A stretch of 64,000 nucleotides of DNA, taken from contig OZ001293.3 of NCBI GenBank assembly GCA_963921275.4, positions 6,304,001 through 6,368,000 on the forward strand, in the 5' to 3' direction. Shown here one piece after another: positions 33,495 through 43,598 of the stretch. The DNA comes from an uncultured Hormoscilla sp. (GTDB taxonomy: Bacteria > Cyanobacteriota > Cyanobacteriia > Cyanobacteriales > Desertifilaceae). The translations under genes and the position numbers were made by a program. The notes under the pieces are model-generated. The model was not told the DNA's origin. It saw nothing but the letters and a program-made list of their open reading frames with translations, and searched no databases. Position 1 is the first letter of the stretch; the number at the start of each line of letters is the position of its first letter.

Positions 33495-34615
33495 AAACCC
33501 TTTTCGTAGATGCGATAGGTTTTATATATTTTACCACCTGATGCTTCTATGAGCTTGCGGGAGGCTATATTATCTTCTAAAATCCAGGATAATTCTGCCC
33601 TCTTGTAACGTTTACCCTTTTTGGTGCCCCCTTGCATGCCCAGATAAATTAGGGCCAGGGGCACCATTTTCCGGCGATATTCTGGTAGGGAAGACATGGC
33701 AGGCACTCTTGCTTGGTCGAGCTGGCGACGATACCAGAGAAATTTTAATATGCCCAGCCAGTTTAGCTTCCCATTTACATGTTTCAGGGCCATGTTGTAG
33801 TCTGGTAGCCCCATCCAAAAGCCGACCATTTTACCATTGTCTTCCGCCACCGGAAAAATATCTGGATCCACTAGCTGTTGCAACTCCTGCGCTTCTTCCA
33901 GAAATTCTTCCTCCCTGCGTGGGGTAGAACTCCAGTTCGGGGCAAAGGATGTGGTAAAGAGATGATAGAGACTGCGGCAGTCTTGCTGAAAACCTTCGCC
34001 TTTGGTGCGGATGGGGCGAAAGGTAATGCCAGACTTACAAGCAATGCGATAGCCCTTTTCAAATTTGGGGTCTAGGGGTTTGTCGGTCTGAAAGTCATAG
34101 GCATAGGCATCCTTGGCTTTCTGCCAGCCATCATCACCCATAAATTCTGGATAGTAAGGCGGGTTGTAAGGCATCATCATCATTGGTGGAGAGTCAAAGC
34201 CATCCACCAGGAATAAACAATTGTTGTGAGTTGACAGGTCGATCGGGCCCCGGGCCACCACCATCCCCCGATCGCGCAACCATTGACAAGCTGTTTCTAA
34301 CAGGGCCTTAGCGATCTTGAAATCTTCTACGCATTCAAAAAAACCAAACAGACCTATTTGCTTGCCTTCCCGTTCTATTAGTCGTTGATTAATAGCAGCG
34401 ACTATGCGCCCCAGGGGTTGCCCCCTCTCAAGGGCAATAAATTGTTGTAGTTGACCATATTCAAAGAAGGGGTTGTCAGAGTTAAACTGTTTGGCGACAC
34501 TGCTGCGCAGGGGCGGCACCCAGTTCGGGTCATTTTTATATACCCGAACTGGGACATCCAGAAATAATTCCCGGTCTGCTGGGGTAGTGACAGCTTGGAT
34601 CGTGAAGTCAGTCAT
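33491..34615 (-). CDS. YghO/bCerS-like GNAT acyltransferase
   Basis: DPNWVPPL, NPFF, GRIVA, FGFFE, RGP, MPYNPPYY, LPDYN, ELSWILEDN, KTYRIY. Confidence 0.8.
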   Translation of the reverse strand: MTDFTIQAVTTPADRELFLDVPVRVYKNDPNWVPPLRSSVAKQFNSDNPFFEYGQLQQFIALERGQPLGRIVAAINQRLIEREGKQIGLFGFFECVEDFKIAKALLETACQWLRDRGMVVARGPIDLSTHNNCLFLVDGFDSPPMMMMPYNPPYYPEFMGDDGWQKAKDAYAYDFQTDKPLDPKFEKGYRIACKSGITFRPIRTKGEGFQQDCRSLYHLFTTSFAPNWSSTPRREEEFLEEAQELQQLVDPDIFPVAEDNGKMVGFWMGLPDYNMALKHVNGKLNWLGILKFLWYRRQLDQARVPAMSSLPEYRRKMVPLALIYLGMQGGTKKGKRYKRAELSWILEDNIASRKLIEASGGKIYKTYRIYEKGL

Positions 34616-34642
34616 TTGCTATTAGCTATTGGTTATTGACAA

Positions 34643-35932
34643 TTAGCCAGCAGTAATCATGGTTTCTGGTTTGTATATAGCATCTCGCACTGCCATCATT
34701 GCCTCAATGAGGCGATCCATCTCCTCGCGGGTATGAAGGGCGTTAGCAGTAATGCGCATGCGGGGTTTGGCAATAAACCAGATGGGAGAAATCCAAATTC
34801 CATATTTTTCCAGCATCTGTCTGCCAAATTCTTTCGGATCGAGTTCTGCTGGCATCAGTACTGGAATAACATTAGTTTCGCCAATGGGGTCAAAATCTGC
34901 ATCAATTAGGCACTTACGCAAATAGCGAGCATTTTCCTGGAGGGTCTTCACCCGACCCGGAAACCGGCGCACTTGACGGATACTCTCCAAAGCTGCCGCC
35001 GTGGTCGGCGGTGGCAGAGAAATAGTCCCAATAGAAGTAGGCGAGACATCCAACAAGTAGATCAGTTCGGGCAGGTCAGAACTGATTGCGGCCCCCGCTG
35101 AGGCGGCAAACTTCGAGAAAGTTGTCATGATAATCGGCACCACCCCTGCATCGATGGCATCGGTGGGTAATATGCCAAAATGTTCGTAAATGCCTCTACC
35201 CGTCGCCCCGATCGCCCCGCTAGCATGGGCCTCATCCATCACCAGCACGCTGCCCGGATAATTTTGCATGACATTCAGCATTTCTGGTAAGGGGGCGATA
35301 TCCCCGTCCATCGAGAACACCGCATCGGAAATCACCATTACCCGATCGCCCGGTTTGACATAGCGGCGGAGTTTGCGGGCCAGGTCATTAACATCGCAGT
35401 GACGGTAGGGTTTCACCCGCACCTCCGGAGAGTGACCGAACACCTTGCCAGAACGGGTGCCTGCATTCACCACCGCCGATACGATACAGCCGTGGTTGAG
35501 TACATCGGTAAGTATTAACGTCTCGCGGGTATGCTGAAAACCGGGAACCGGCATAGCCAAGTGACAGAAAGCATCCATCAAGGCTTGCATTGCCATCCAT
35601 GCGTTTAAGAATAGCTGCGTGTGGGGCAGATGTTTAAAGGCTGATATTTCCTCCTCTAACTGTCGGTGCAGGTCAATGCGACCGCTCAAGACCGAGGTGG
35701 AACTATTGGAAGTGCCATACTGGACTATGGCATCTATGGCCGCTTGTTTGACCGCCTCTTCCTGAACTAAACCCAATACATCGTTTGTGCAGAAGGTGAG
35801 AACGCTGCGCCGCTTGCCAGTCTTCGGATCTTCGATCTCAACTATATTCCCCTGCTTGCCATGACAAATATACTTATCGGGATAAAGCCCGACGTTCTGA
35901 AGCTGCTGAACATATTCTTTAACAACTTGCAC
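34643..35932 (-). CDS. PLP-dependent alpha-oxoamine synthase (SPT/AONS-like)
   Basis: DVLNHGC, DAVFSMDGD, DEAHASG, TTFSK, RITANALHT. Confidence 0.88.
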   Translation of the reverse strand: MQVVKEYVQQLQNVGLYPDKYICHGKQGNIVEIEDPKTGKRRSVLTFCTNDVLGLVQEEAVKQAAIDAIVQYGTSNSSTSVLSGRIDLHRQLEEEISAFKHLPHTQLFLNAWMAMQALMDAFCHLAMPVPGFQHTRETLILTDVLNHGCIVSAVVNAGTRSGKVFGHSPEVRVKPYRHCDVNDLARKLRRYVKPGDRVMVISDAVFSMDGDIAPLPEMLNVMQNYPGSVLVMDEAHASGAIGATGRGIYEHFGILPTDAIDAGVVPIIMTTFSKFAASAGAAISSDLPELIYLLDVSPTSIGTISLPPPTTAAALESIRQVRRFPGRVKTLQENARYLRKCLIDADFDPIGETNVIPVLMPAELDPKEFGRQMLEKYGIWISPIWFIAKPRMRITANALHTREEMDRLIEAMMAVRDAIYKPETMITAG

Positions 35933-35974
35933 AAATTTACTCCTCTACAATCCTCACCATTCCCGTTTCACCAG

Positions 35975-37078
35975 TCACCATTCCCGACATGGTACAGTTG
36001 ATTGTTGCATATATTGTTCATACTGTCGGACAATCACCCGCTGCAGGGCAATAATGGCTGGGTTAATTTCTACATAGCGCCGCCTCTTGTTGGCCAGATA
36101 GGTACGCTGTTCGCTTTCGATCATCTGGATATCTTGCTGGAGAAATGGCATGAACAAGAAGCGCCAGACTAGCTTGGAGACTAGGGGTTTGATCGGTCCT
36201 AGCAGCCATTTGGGCAGGCGCAGCTTGAGAAACAGCAGGGAAAAAGACCTGGTTGACCTGGGTCCCACGGGCAGTCGCATCAGATACAGGGAGGATACCT
36301 TCTCAAGAGAAGTGTGATAGTGAGGGTAGTGGTACTCAATGCTGACGGTACGGGTAGTGACCCTAGATCCCGTGGAGGTGATGCCGATAAATTTAGTCAA
36401 CCAACCTTGGTAGGATACCTTATAGTCGGCGTATACTGAGGCTTCTGATTGTTTTAAGTCGATCAGCACCGGGTCGAACCAGCCATTTAAGTTTTTGTGT
36501 AAAAACCCGTGGAAGACATCCATGGTGTTTTCGTTGCAGATGGAAAAATGAGCTTGAAAATGGGCCGGTATTTCCACCATCAACCAGTTGGGGTCATCGT
36601 ACTCTGCTACCTGGGGCAGAACTACCGTCTCTGCGAGGGCGCGATCGCCCGGGAAAACCCAGATGATGTTATATTTTTCCCTCACCGGATAGCTGCGGGC
36701 TTGGGCGCAGGGCAGTTTTTGGTCTTTGGGTAGGTAGGGGATGTTAACACATTCACCATCGCCATTATATTCCCAGCCGTGGTAGGGACACAAGAGGTTT
36801 GCCCCCGACACTTGACCTTTATGTAGGGCGACGCCTTTGTGGGGACAAGCATCCTCTAGGGCGTGGAGTTCGCCGTTGCTGTCCCGGTAAAGGGCGATCG
36901 GCTGTTGCCAAACCACCACTGACATCACCTTACCCGGTTTTAACTGGTGTCCCCAAGCTACGGGATACCAGTAATTGGGGTTGATGCCGACTTCGCGCAC
37001 GTGATTGCTTATTGTCTGGCTTTTCAGGGTTGTAGCCAGTTCCATCCCAATACTCCTGAATTCAAAATATGGGTTCAA
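35975..37078 (-). CDS. Rieske non-heme iron oxygenase
   Basis: CPHKG..CPYHGW and ENTMDVFHGFLH. Confidence 0.92.
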   Translation of the reverse strand: MNPYFEFRSIGMELATTLKSQTISNHVREVGINPNYWYPVAWGHQLKPGKVMSVVVWQQPIALYRDSNGELHALEDACPHKGVALHKGQVSGANLLCPYHGWEYNGDGECVNIPYLPKDQKLPCAQARSYPVREKYNIIWVFPGDRALAETVVLPQVAEYDDPNWLMVEIPAHFQAHFSICNENTMDVFHGFLHKNLNGWFDPVLIDLKQSEASVYADYKVSYQGWLTKFIGITSTGSRVTTRTVSIEYHYPHYHTSLEKVSSLYLMRLPVGPRSTRSFSLLFLKLRLPKWLLGPIKPLVSKLVWRFLFMPFLQQDIQMIESEQRTYLANKRRRYVEINPAIIALQRVIVRQYEQYMQQSTVPCREW

Positions 37079-37162
37079 GGTCGGATCGTACCTCAGATCT
37101 TGTCAGTTGCCCAATGAAGTGAGGATCTACATGAAACTTAATGCCATTGATGCCATCATCTA

Positions 37163-38035
37163 GGGTGTGTCATCAATCAAATTGCTTGACAGAAATAGAT
37201 GGATACGGTATGGAGTCCTTATCCAGCAATAACAATCAAGAGGGCATGATATGAGACGCTATGGCTTGCGAGACGACCAGTGGGAACGGATCGAACACCT
37301 TTTACCTGGTAAAGAGGGTGACCCAGGCGCTACAGCCAAGAACAATAGATTATTCGTGTTCTGCCGTGTTATATCGATATCGTGCTGGCATTCCCTGGCG
37401 GGATTTACCGGAGTGTTTTGGGGATTTTCGGGTTGTTCATACCCGCCATACCCGTTGGTCTGAAAAGGGAGTTTGGAAGCAGGTATTCGATGTCTTGGCC
37501 TCAGACGCCGATAACGAATACGCCGCGATTGATGCCACCATCCTGCGTGCCCATCAACGAGCGTGCGGGTGCAAAAAAAAACACCCTCAGATACGTGCGA
37601 AACCCAAGCCATAGGCCGTAGTAAAGGGGGACTATCGACAAAGATTCATGCCACTTGCGATTGCCCAAGGCAATCCCACAGGATTTCATCTTACCCCTGG
37701 CCAAGCCCACGACGGGAAAGGCGCTGACGTGCTATTGGATAAAATCGGTGAGATTGGCGCGCTGCTTGCAGATAAAGCCTATGATGCGGAACAACGTGTG
37801 CTCGAGCGCCTGAAAGAGGCGGATTGGATGGCTGTCATTCCTCCAAAAAGTAACCGCACAGAACACAGAGAATACGATGAAGAAATGTACAAGTGGCGGC
37901 ATCTAATTGAAAATCTATTCCAAAAACTCAAGCAATACAGGGCTCTGGCGACACGCTACGATAAAACGGCTCGCAATTTCTTGGGTGCCATCTACCTCGC
38001 GGCAGCTGTAATATGGCTTAATTGATGACACGCCC
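37163..38035 (+). mobile_element. IS5-family (IS427-like, two-ORF) element, 873 bp
   Basis: IRs GGGTGTGTCATCAAT / ATTGATGACACGCCC, TA duplication; DDE fragments IDAT, ADKAYD, RHLIENLF..RYDK; extra frameshift near 37360. Confidence 0.92.
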
Positions 38036-38081
38036 TAAATTTAAGCTTACAGATTAATTGTTCTGATAGTTATTAGGTATA

Positions 38082-39305
38082 ATGCTGACTTTGCACAAAA
38101 CTTTTTGGTCCGTTCGCGTAGGACACGTAGCCCGGTGTGCGCAGCGCAATCGCTTGCGACTGCCAGTGCTACTGGTGGCTGGTTCCCTGACGACGATGGC
38201 GGGGGGTGTGGTGGCCCCAGTGCTACCGGAGGTGATCGGGCAACTCCAGTTCGATCCTGCGGTTGCTGGTAATTTGGTCAGCATACATTGCTTGACGATC
38301 GCCCTGTTCAGCCCGCCCCTAGGCATTTTAGCAGACCGGATCGGTCCCGTGCGAGTGCTAGTGCCTTCCCTGGTGCTATATGCCCTGTTTGGCATGGCCG
38401 GGGCCTGGATCGATAGTTTTGAGCCACTGCTGGCGACGCGGGCCTTGTTAGGGGCTGCCAGTGGGGGGCTAGCGGCGGCGAGTCTGGGGTTGCTGGGGCG
38501 GATGTATGAAGGTCAGGCCCGATCGCGGGTCATGGGCTATGCTACCAGTACTCTGACTATTACGGGGATCCTGTTTCCGGCCCTGGGGGGCTGGGTGGGA
38601 GCTGGCAATTGGCGAATGGCTTTTTTACTCTATGGTTTAGCATTGCCCCTAGCTCTGTTAGCGAGCTGGGTTTTCCCTGCTCATAATAGTATCGTGTGGC
38701 AGCCTTCTGGCAAGTCAGGAACTGAGGGTAATCAGCTGCTGCAAGTCTTGAGACATCCCCAAACTTGGCGGCTATTGCTGAGTGTGGCTTTGACTTCTGT
38801 GGCCATGTATGCTGTGGTCATCTATGCTCCCATTTATCTCAAGCAAACTCTGGGGTTGGGGGCTTTGATGAATGGGATGGTGTTGGCATCCCGGGCTCTG
38901 GGGGCGGCTTTGATCTCTGCTTTTGGGGCCAGACAGTTGGCTTCGCGTTTGGGGCCCAAAAAGGCGATCGAGGTTGGTTTGGTGCTGATGGCTATGACTT
39001 TGGTCAGCATTCCTTTCTTGCATCAACTCCACTGGATCTTAGTTGCTGCTATTAGCTTTGGCGCGGGCTTTGGTATTGCTCTGCCTACTCTCTATAATAG
39101 TTTAGCTGACTGTTCTCCTAAAGAACTGCGATCGAGTGTTTTAGCAGCGGGCACGGGAGCGGGTTTTTTGGGTCAGTTCATCTCTCCGGTTTTGCTGGGC
39201 CCTGTACTGGAACTTGGCGGCATAGAATGTGTGTTTTATGCTGCTGCTTTTGTGGCCCTAACTGCTGGCTTTTTGCTGCGATCGCCTGTTAATATGAAAA
39301 GATAA
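38082..39305 (+). CDS. MFS transporter
   Basis: GILADRIG motif, ~12 hydrophobic segments; small repeat in the N-terminus. Confidence 0.88.
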   Translation: MLTLHKTFWSVRVGHVARCAQRNRLRLPVLLVAGSLTTMAGGVVAPVLPEVIGQLQFDPAVAGNLVSIHCLTIALFSPPLGILADRIGPVRVLVPSLVLYALFGMAGAWIDSFEPLLATRALLGAASGGLAAASLGLLGRMYEGQARSRVMGYATSTLTITGILFPALGGWVGAGNWRMAFLLYGLALPLALLASWVFPAHNSIVWQPSGKSGTEGNQLLQVLRHPQTWRLLLSVALTSVAMYAVVIYAPIYLKQTLGLGALMNGMVLASRALGAALISAFGARQLASRLGPKKAIEVGLVLMAMTLVSIPFLHQLHWILVAAISFGAGFGIALPTLYNSLADCSPKELRSSVLAAGTGAGFLGQFISPVLLGPVLELGGIECVFYAAAFVALTAGFLLRSPVNMKR

Positions 39306-39440
39306 CTATGCCCCCCCACCCGCCCTCACCCTAAAGGGTGGGGCTACAAGAACAAAGCAATGTCCGGAGCGAGCGCAGCGTGGCAACCTTCCGGCGCGGG
39401 CTTTATTATTTGGATCGTACCGACCTACTCCATAATCTGA

Positions 39441-40014
39441 TTATCCTAATATCTCATTAACGGCTATATATTCCCCTTCTTGCAATTGGTTAATTCTGAC
39501 AGTTTGTCCCAGATAGCGCCAAATTTCCGGCACTCCTAGCTGTCTGTAAATGTCAAATCGACAGGAAGAACTGGTTATATCGACTTCAATCACCAAGTCC
39601 GGTGGGGGGTCGTTCGCGCAGCGACTGCGCAGCAGTATTGCCAGGTCTACAGTGCGACCCCTAATGAGATATACGTTTTGGATATAATAGCAGGAGTCTG
39701 GTTCGGCACCTGCGTTTATATCTTCTAGATTCAAAGTTGTCGAAGCAAACCCCTTTACCCTGAGATTCAGTTCTTCTGTCAGAGTATTCACCATCCGTTC
39801 TAGTAGTTGCTCTTCTGTTTCGTGACGGTCCGATGGCATAATGATTTCCAGCACTCCTTGATTATAGGCTATCTGCAAGGTTCGCCGTTCGCGTAGCGTG
39901 CGCGCAGCGCATTCGCAATCGCCCATTTCTGCTAATAGCTGCTTGTAAGTCTCCCAACTGACATTCTCTAATATTAGTTTGTGGTGGTGGTTATTGTACC
40001 GCAGTCATCGTCAT
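39441..40014 (-). pseudogene. Uma2 endonuclease pseudogene (inverted paralog of 19705-20346)
   Basis: High identity to copy 1, with TAA, an 11-nt deletion, two in-frame insertions and a 3' truncation. Confidence 0.88.
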
Positions 40015-40286
40015 GATTTCTTCTCCTGTGGTATCTGAGAAACAGGGTTTTTGACGACTTATTATAACTCAAACCGGGTTTCTCTCGTTCCCTGCCTTCG
40101 TCAAGTACGGTGACGGTACGCGGTAGTTGGGATCTTCTTCGTAGGTGACGGCGAGCGGGCTGCGGGGATGGTTTCACCGGTAGCCCAAAAACCCAATTCA
40201 AATCTGGGAAGAAGTTCGCGGTAGATGTTTAATGTCTGTTAAAATCGATGTAGGCGATCGCCGGATGGACAGCGACCATTAAATTT

Positions 40287-41885
40287 ATGATGATGAAAAC
40301 AGGATTACCAGATATAAATAGTCTTTCCCTCCCTCAACAGGTAGCCCAGATGGTGGTGGTCCGGGCCTCTGGCCACCTATTCGATCGCCAAAGAAGTTAT
40401 CCTGAATGGGAACTTAATGCTGCCAGTCTCCAGCATTTGGTGACCGATATGGGTGTAGGTGGGGTAATCTTGCTGGGAGGAAGTGCGGCAGAAATTGCGC
40501 TCCGCTGTCAACAGCTGCAAGACTGGGCAAATATCCCTTTACTAATAGCAGCGGATATCGAAGAAGGGGTAGGTCAGCGGTTTGCTGGGGCGACCTGGTT
40601 TCCCCCTCCAATGGCCCTGAGTGCTGTGGCGCGAAAACAACCGCGACTCTGCAGAGATTATGCTCGCCAAATGGGTGCTTTTACTGCCCGGGAGGCGATC
40701 GCCCTGGGCCTTAACTGGATTTTAGCACCCGTGGTGGATGTGAACAACAATCCTAGTAACCCGGTGATTAATGTCAGGGCCTTTGGGGAAAACCCAGAAG
40801 AAGTGATAAATCTCTCATCTGCTTTTATTCACGGTACAGAGGGTTATCCTGTTTTGACGACAGCGAAGCATTTTCCCGGACATGGAGATACAGATGTTGA
40901 TTCTCATCTGCATTTACCCATTTTACCCTATTCCGAGGCCAGATTGGCGGAGATTGAATTACCGCCTTTCCAAAGTGCGATCGCATCTGGTGTAGATGCG
41001 GTAATGACTGCCCATCTGTTAATCCCGGCTTGGGATGGGGAAAAACCTGCCACCCTATCTCATGCTATCCTAACAGGTAAGCTGCGCGAGCGGCTGGGAT
41101 TTACCGGATTAATTGTTACCGATGCCCTGGTTATGGGGGCGATCGCGAACCGCTACGGTGCCAAGGAAGCGGCTGTTTTAGCGGTGTCAGCGGGTGCAGA
41201 CATTATCCTGATGCCCCAAAACCCAGCCGAGGCCATAAATGCTGTCCGTGAAGCTGTGGAAGAGGGGCGCATTGACAAAGCACAAATTACCGAATCTGTA
41301 AAGAGAATCTGGCAAGCTAAGCAGAAGGTATTAACATCAACAGATAAGAGTAATTTTACCTCAGAATTAGCCCAAGCAGATGCGGTTTATACGGCTGAAG
41401 ATATTTTACGAAATGCCCAGCAGGGGAGAGGTTGTTTGTCAGTAGGCGCTGGCAATTGCCGCAATTTAATTGTCGTCGATGACGCCCTGGATTGCAAGTT
41501 TTTGGGCAACCATACTCCCGCGATCGCCTTTCCTGAGAAGTTAGGCTATCAGTTGCAGGTAGTTGACAGCTACACTCCGAAAAATATTCTGGAAACAGAG
41601 AAACCTACCCTACTGCAAATCTTCGTGCGCGGTAACCCTTGGCACGGAAATGCTGGGTTAAATCAGAGGGCGATCGCCTGGTTTCAAGCCTTAGTGAAAG
41701 CGGAAAAGCTGCAAGCATTAGTTATCTATGGCAGTCCTTATATCCTAGAGAAAATTATGCCAGAATTACCGCCAGAAGTGCCCTATGTATTCACCTACGG
41801 ACAGATGCCTGAGGCACAGGCGATCGCCCTATCAACCTTAAGGAATTCCAAATTCATGCAAAATCCCAAATTGGGAAACCTATAA
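40287..41885 (+). CDS. nagZ: Glycoside hydrolase family 3 (NagZ-like beta-N-acetylglucosaminidase)
   Basis: ADIEEG, APVVDVN, KHFPGHGDTDVDSH, VTDALVM. Confidence 0.82.
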   Translation: MMMKTGLPDINSLSLPQQVAQMVVVRASGHLFDRQRSYPEWELNAASLQHLVTDMGVGGVILLGGSAAEIALRCQQLQDWANIPLLIAADIEEGVGQRFAGATWFPPPMALSAVARKQPRLCRDYARQMGAFTAREAIALGLNWILAPVVDVNNNPSNPVINVRAFGENPEEVINLSSAFIHGTEGYPVLTTAKHFPGHGDTDVDSHLHLPILPYSEARLAEIELPPFQSAIASGVDAVMTAHLLIPAWDGEKPATLSHAILTGKLRERLGFTGLIVTDALVMGAIANRYGAKEAAVLAVSAGADIILMPQNPAEAINAVREAVEEGRIDKAQITESVKRIWQAKQKVLTSTDKSNFTSELAQADAVYTAEDILRNAQQGRGCLSVGAGNCRNLIVVDDALDCKFLGNHTPAIAFPEKLGYQLQVVDSYTPKNILETEKPTLLQIFVRGNPWHGNAGLNQRAIAWFQALVKAEKLQALVIYGSPYILEKIMPELPPEVPYVFTYGQMPEAQAIALSTLRNSKFMQNPKLGNL

Positions 41886-41924
41886 ATGTAGGTTCTGTTG
41901 AGAAGCAAAACGCAACCAAGAACT

Positions 41925-42360
41925 ATGAAAACAATTACTTTGGACAACCAGGCTATTGGGCTAGTCGAAGCAGTTCCCGAACTGCGATCTTCGATGCACT
42001 GTGCTAATCGCACTACCCCATGCGCTGCGCGCACGCTACGCGGACGCGCATCGACCTATGAAGCAGAACTAGAGTGATGGGGTGACGAACAACCAGGAGT
42101 ACACATTATCCTTGGCGATCTGTTCAACCCATACTTAATCTCTCTGTTAGAATCAGATAATCAACCCGAAAGGCTCAAGCCAGTCTTTAATTTTCTAGAA
42201 GAATTAGCAAACCACGAAGATGTTCGAGTACAAGAAGTGGTAGCGGTGACCGTGTGCGAACGTTTAGGAGATCGAGCAGAATGATTAGCAAAGGCGCGTC
42301 AGTACATGGGTAAGACAACCCTGAACTTTTCTCAAGAAATGGAAGCATTTTGGGGTCGTG
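41925..42360 (+). pseudogene. Small hypothetical protein pseudogene with inserted repeat
   Basis: LVEAVPELRS[insert]..GDLFNPYL..FLEELA..VQEVVAVTVCERLG, with stop and frameshift. Confidence 0.5.
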
Positions 42361-42507
42361 ATGCAAAAACACTCACGAGAAACGCGGTTTCTGAGAATAC
42401 TTAACCGATGTCCTAGAAATCACCCGGCTGTATAATCGTCATATAATCCCTCATCTGCGGGTGCTTTCCGAAATTGTGAATTTTGCATTTTGCATTTGGA
42501 ATTGCTT

Positions 42508-42942
42508 ATGAATTACCGTAAATTTACGATCGCCCTGTTTCTGTTAGCTGCCAGTCTGGCGCCCATTTCCTGCGGCCAAAACCCAGGAGGAAGCTCAGTA
42601 GATAAGTTAACAGACTACTATCGTAACGATACTCCCGTAAAAGGGACGACTTTTTCTCCCTTGATGCCCGGATCCCTGTGGCGTGTAGTTGCGTCCCAGT
42701 TAAACTGCTATACCGACCCTCAAGCTGACAGCAAGATTATCATCACCCAGTTTAGTCGCAATGATACCATTCAGGCAGAAGTCTGGCGCGGCGGTGCTGA
42801 TGAAGTGCTTGTCAACGAACTAGACAGTGAAGGTAAACCCTGGATGCATATTAGGGGAGGACGGAATATCGACAGTCCGGCGGACCTGACCAGATGTTAT
42901 GTCAGAGCTAATAGCCGTTATATTCAACCCGTAAAAAATTGA
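42508..42942 (+). CDS. Putative lipoprotein
   Basis: Signal peptide ending in ISC; CYVRANSRYIQP. Confidence 0.55.
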   Translation: MNYRKFTIALFLLAASLAPISCGQNPGGSSVDKLTDYYRNDTPVKGTTFSPLMPGSLWRVVASQLNCYTDPQADSKIIITQFSRNDTIQAEVWRGGADEVLVNELDSEGKPWMHIRGGRNIDSPADLTRCYVRANSRYIQPVKN

Positions 42943-43598
42943 CTCGTCGATGCGCGTCCGCGTAGCGTGCGCGCAGCGCATGGGGTAGTGCGAGTAGCGC
43001 GACACCCCGACGGCATCGAAGGCCACCATCGATCGCCCCGCTTTGGGCGATCGGAAAATTAGTCGGTTACTCAAGACAGATCCAACTCCATCTCATTGCT
43101 GTTCGATGTCTTCGGGATGCTTCGCAAAAACCCCTCAGACATCGCGGAGAAATTCAGCCCTTTGTAGACTGGTTTTCCCAGTGGCGAGGCATATAAAACA
43201 ACTCGCGTACAGTCGATTGCTTTCTGTCATCATGATTAAATCACTGGACGATCACACTTCAACGATCGATCGAAGTAAAGGTTTCCCAGATGGTTGCCCG
43301 GTCTCGATCGGCCACCACCCCCATCTTCCGCACATACATACTGACCATTAAACGCTTGCAGGGCAATCTGGCGATTAGTTTCACTCATCTTCACTCCCCA
43401 ACTGCTTGACTTGTTTAGATAGAGCCGTTTTCTCTATTTTTTTATGCTAACACAGTCTTTATGTTATTGTCAATATCTTGCCAATTGAGAATTGTCAATT
43501 GATAATGTGGTTAGTCCTTAGTGGTTAATGGTTAATGGACAACTGACAACTAACAACCTCCGGGCAGGCGATCCGCCCTACGCAACTGACAATTATTC

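Noticed and set aside
34643..35932. Naming the gene bioF or spt
   Set aside because: Family is clear but substrate is not; no biotin genes nearby and motifs are divergent
43040..43388. Fascin-like fragment (IALQAFNGQYVCAEDGGG)
   Set aside because: Too short and degraded to annotate with confidence
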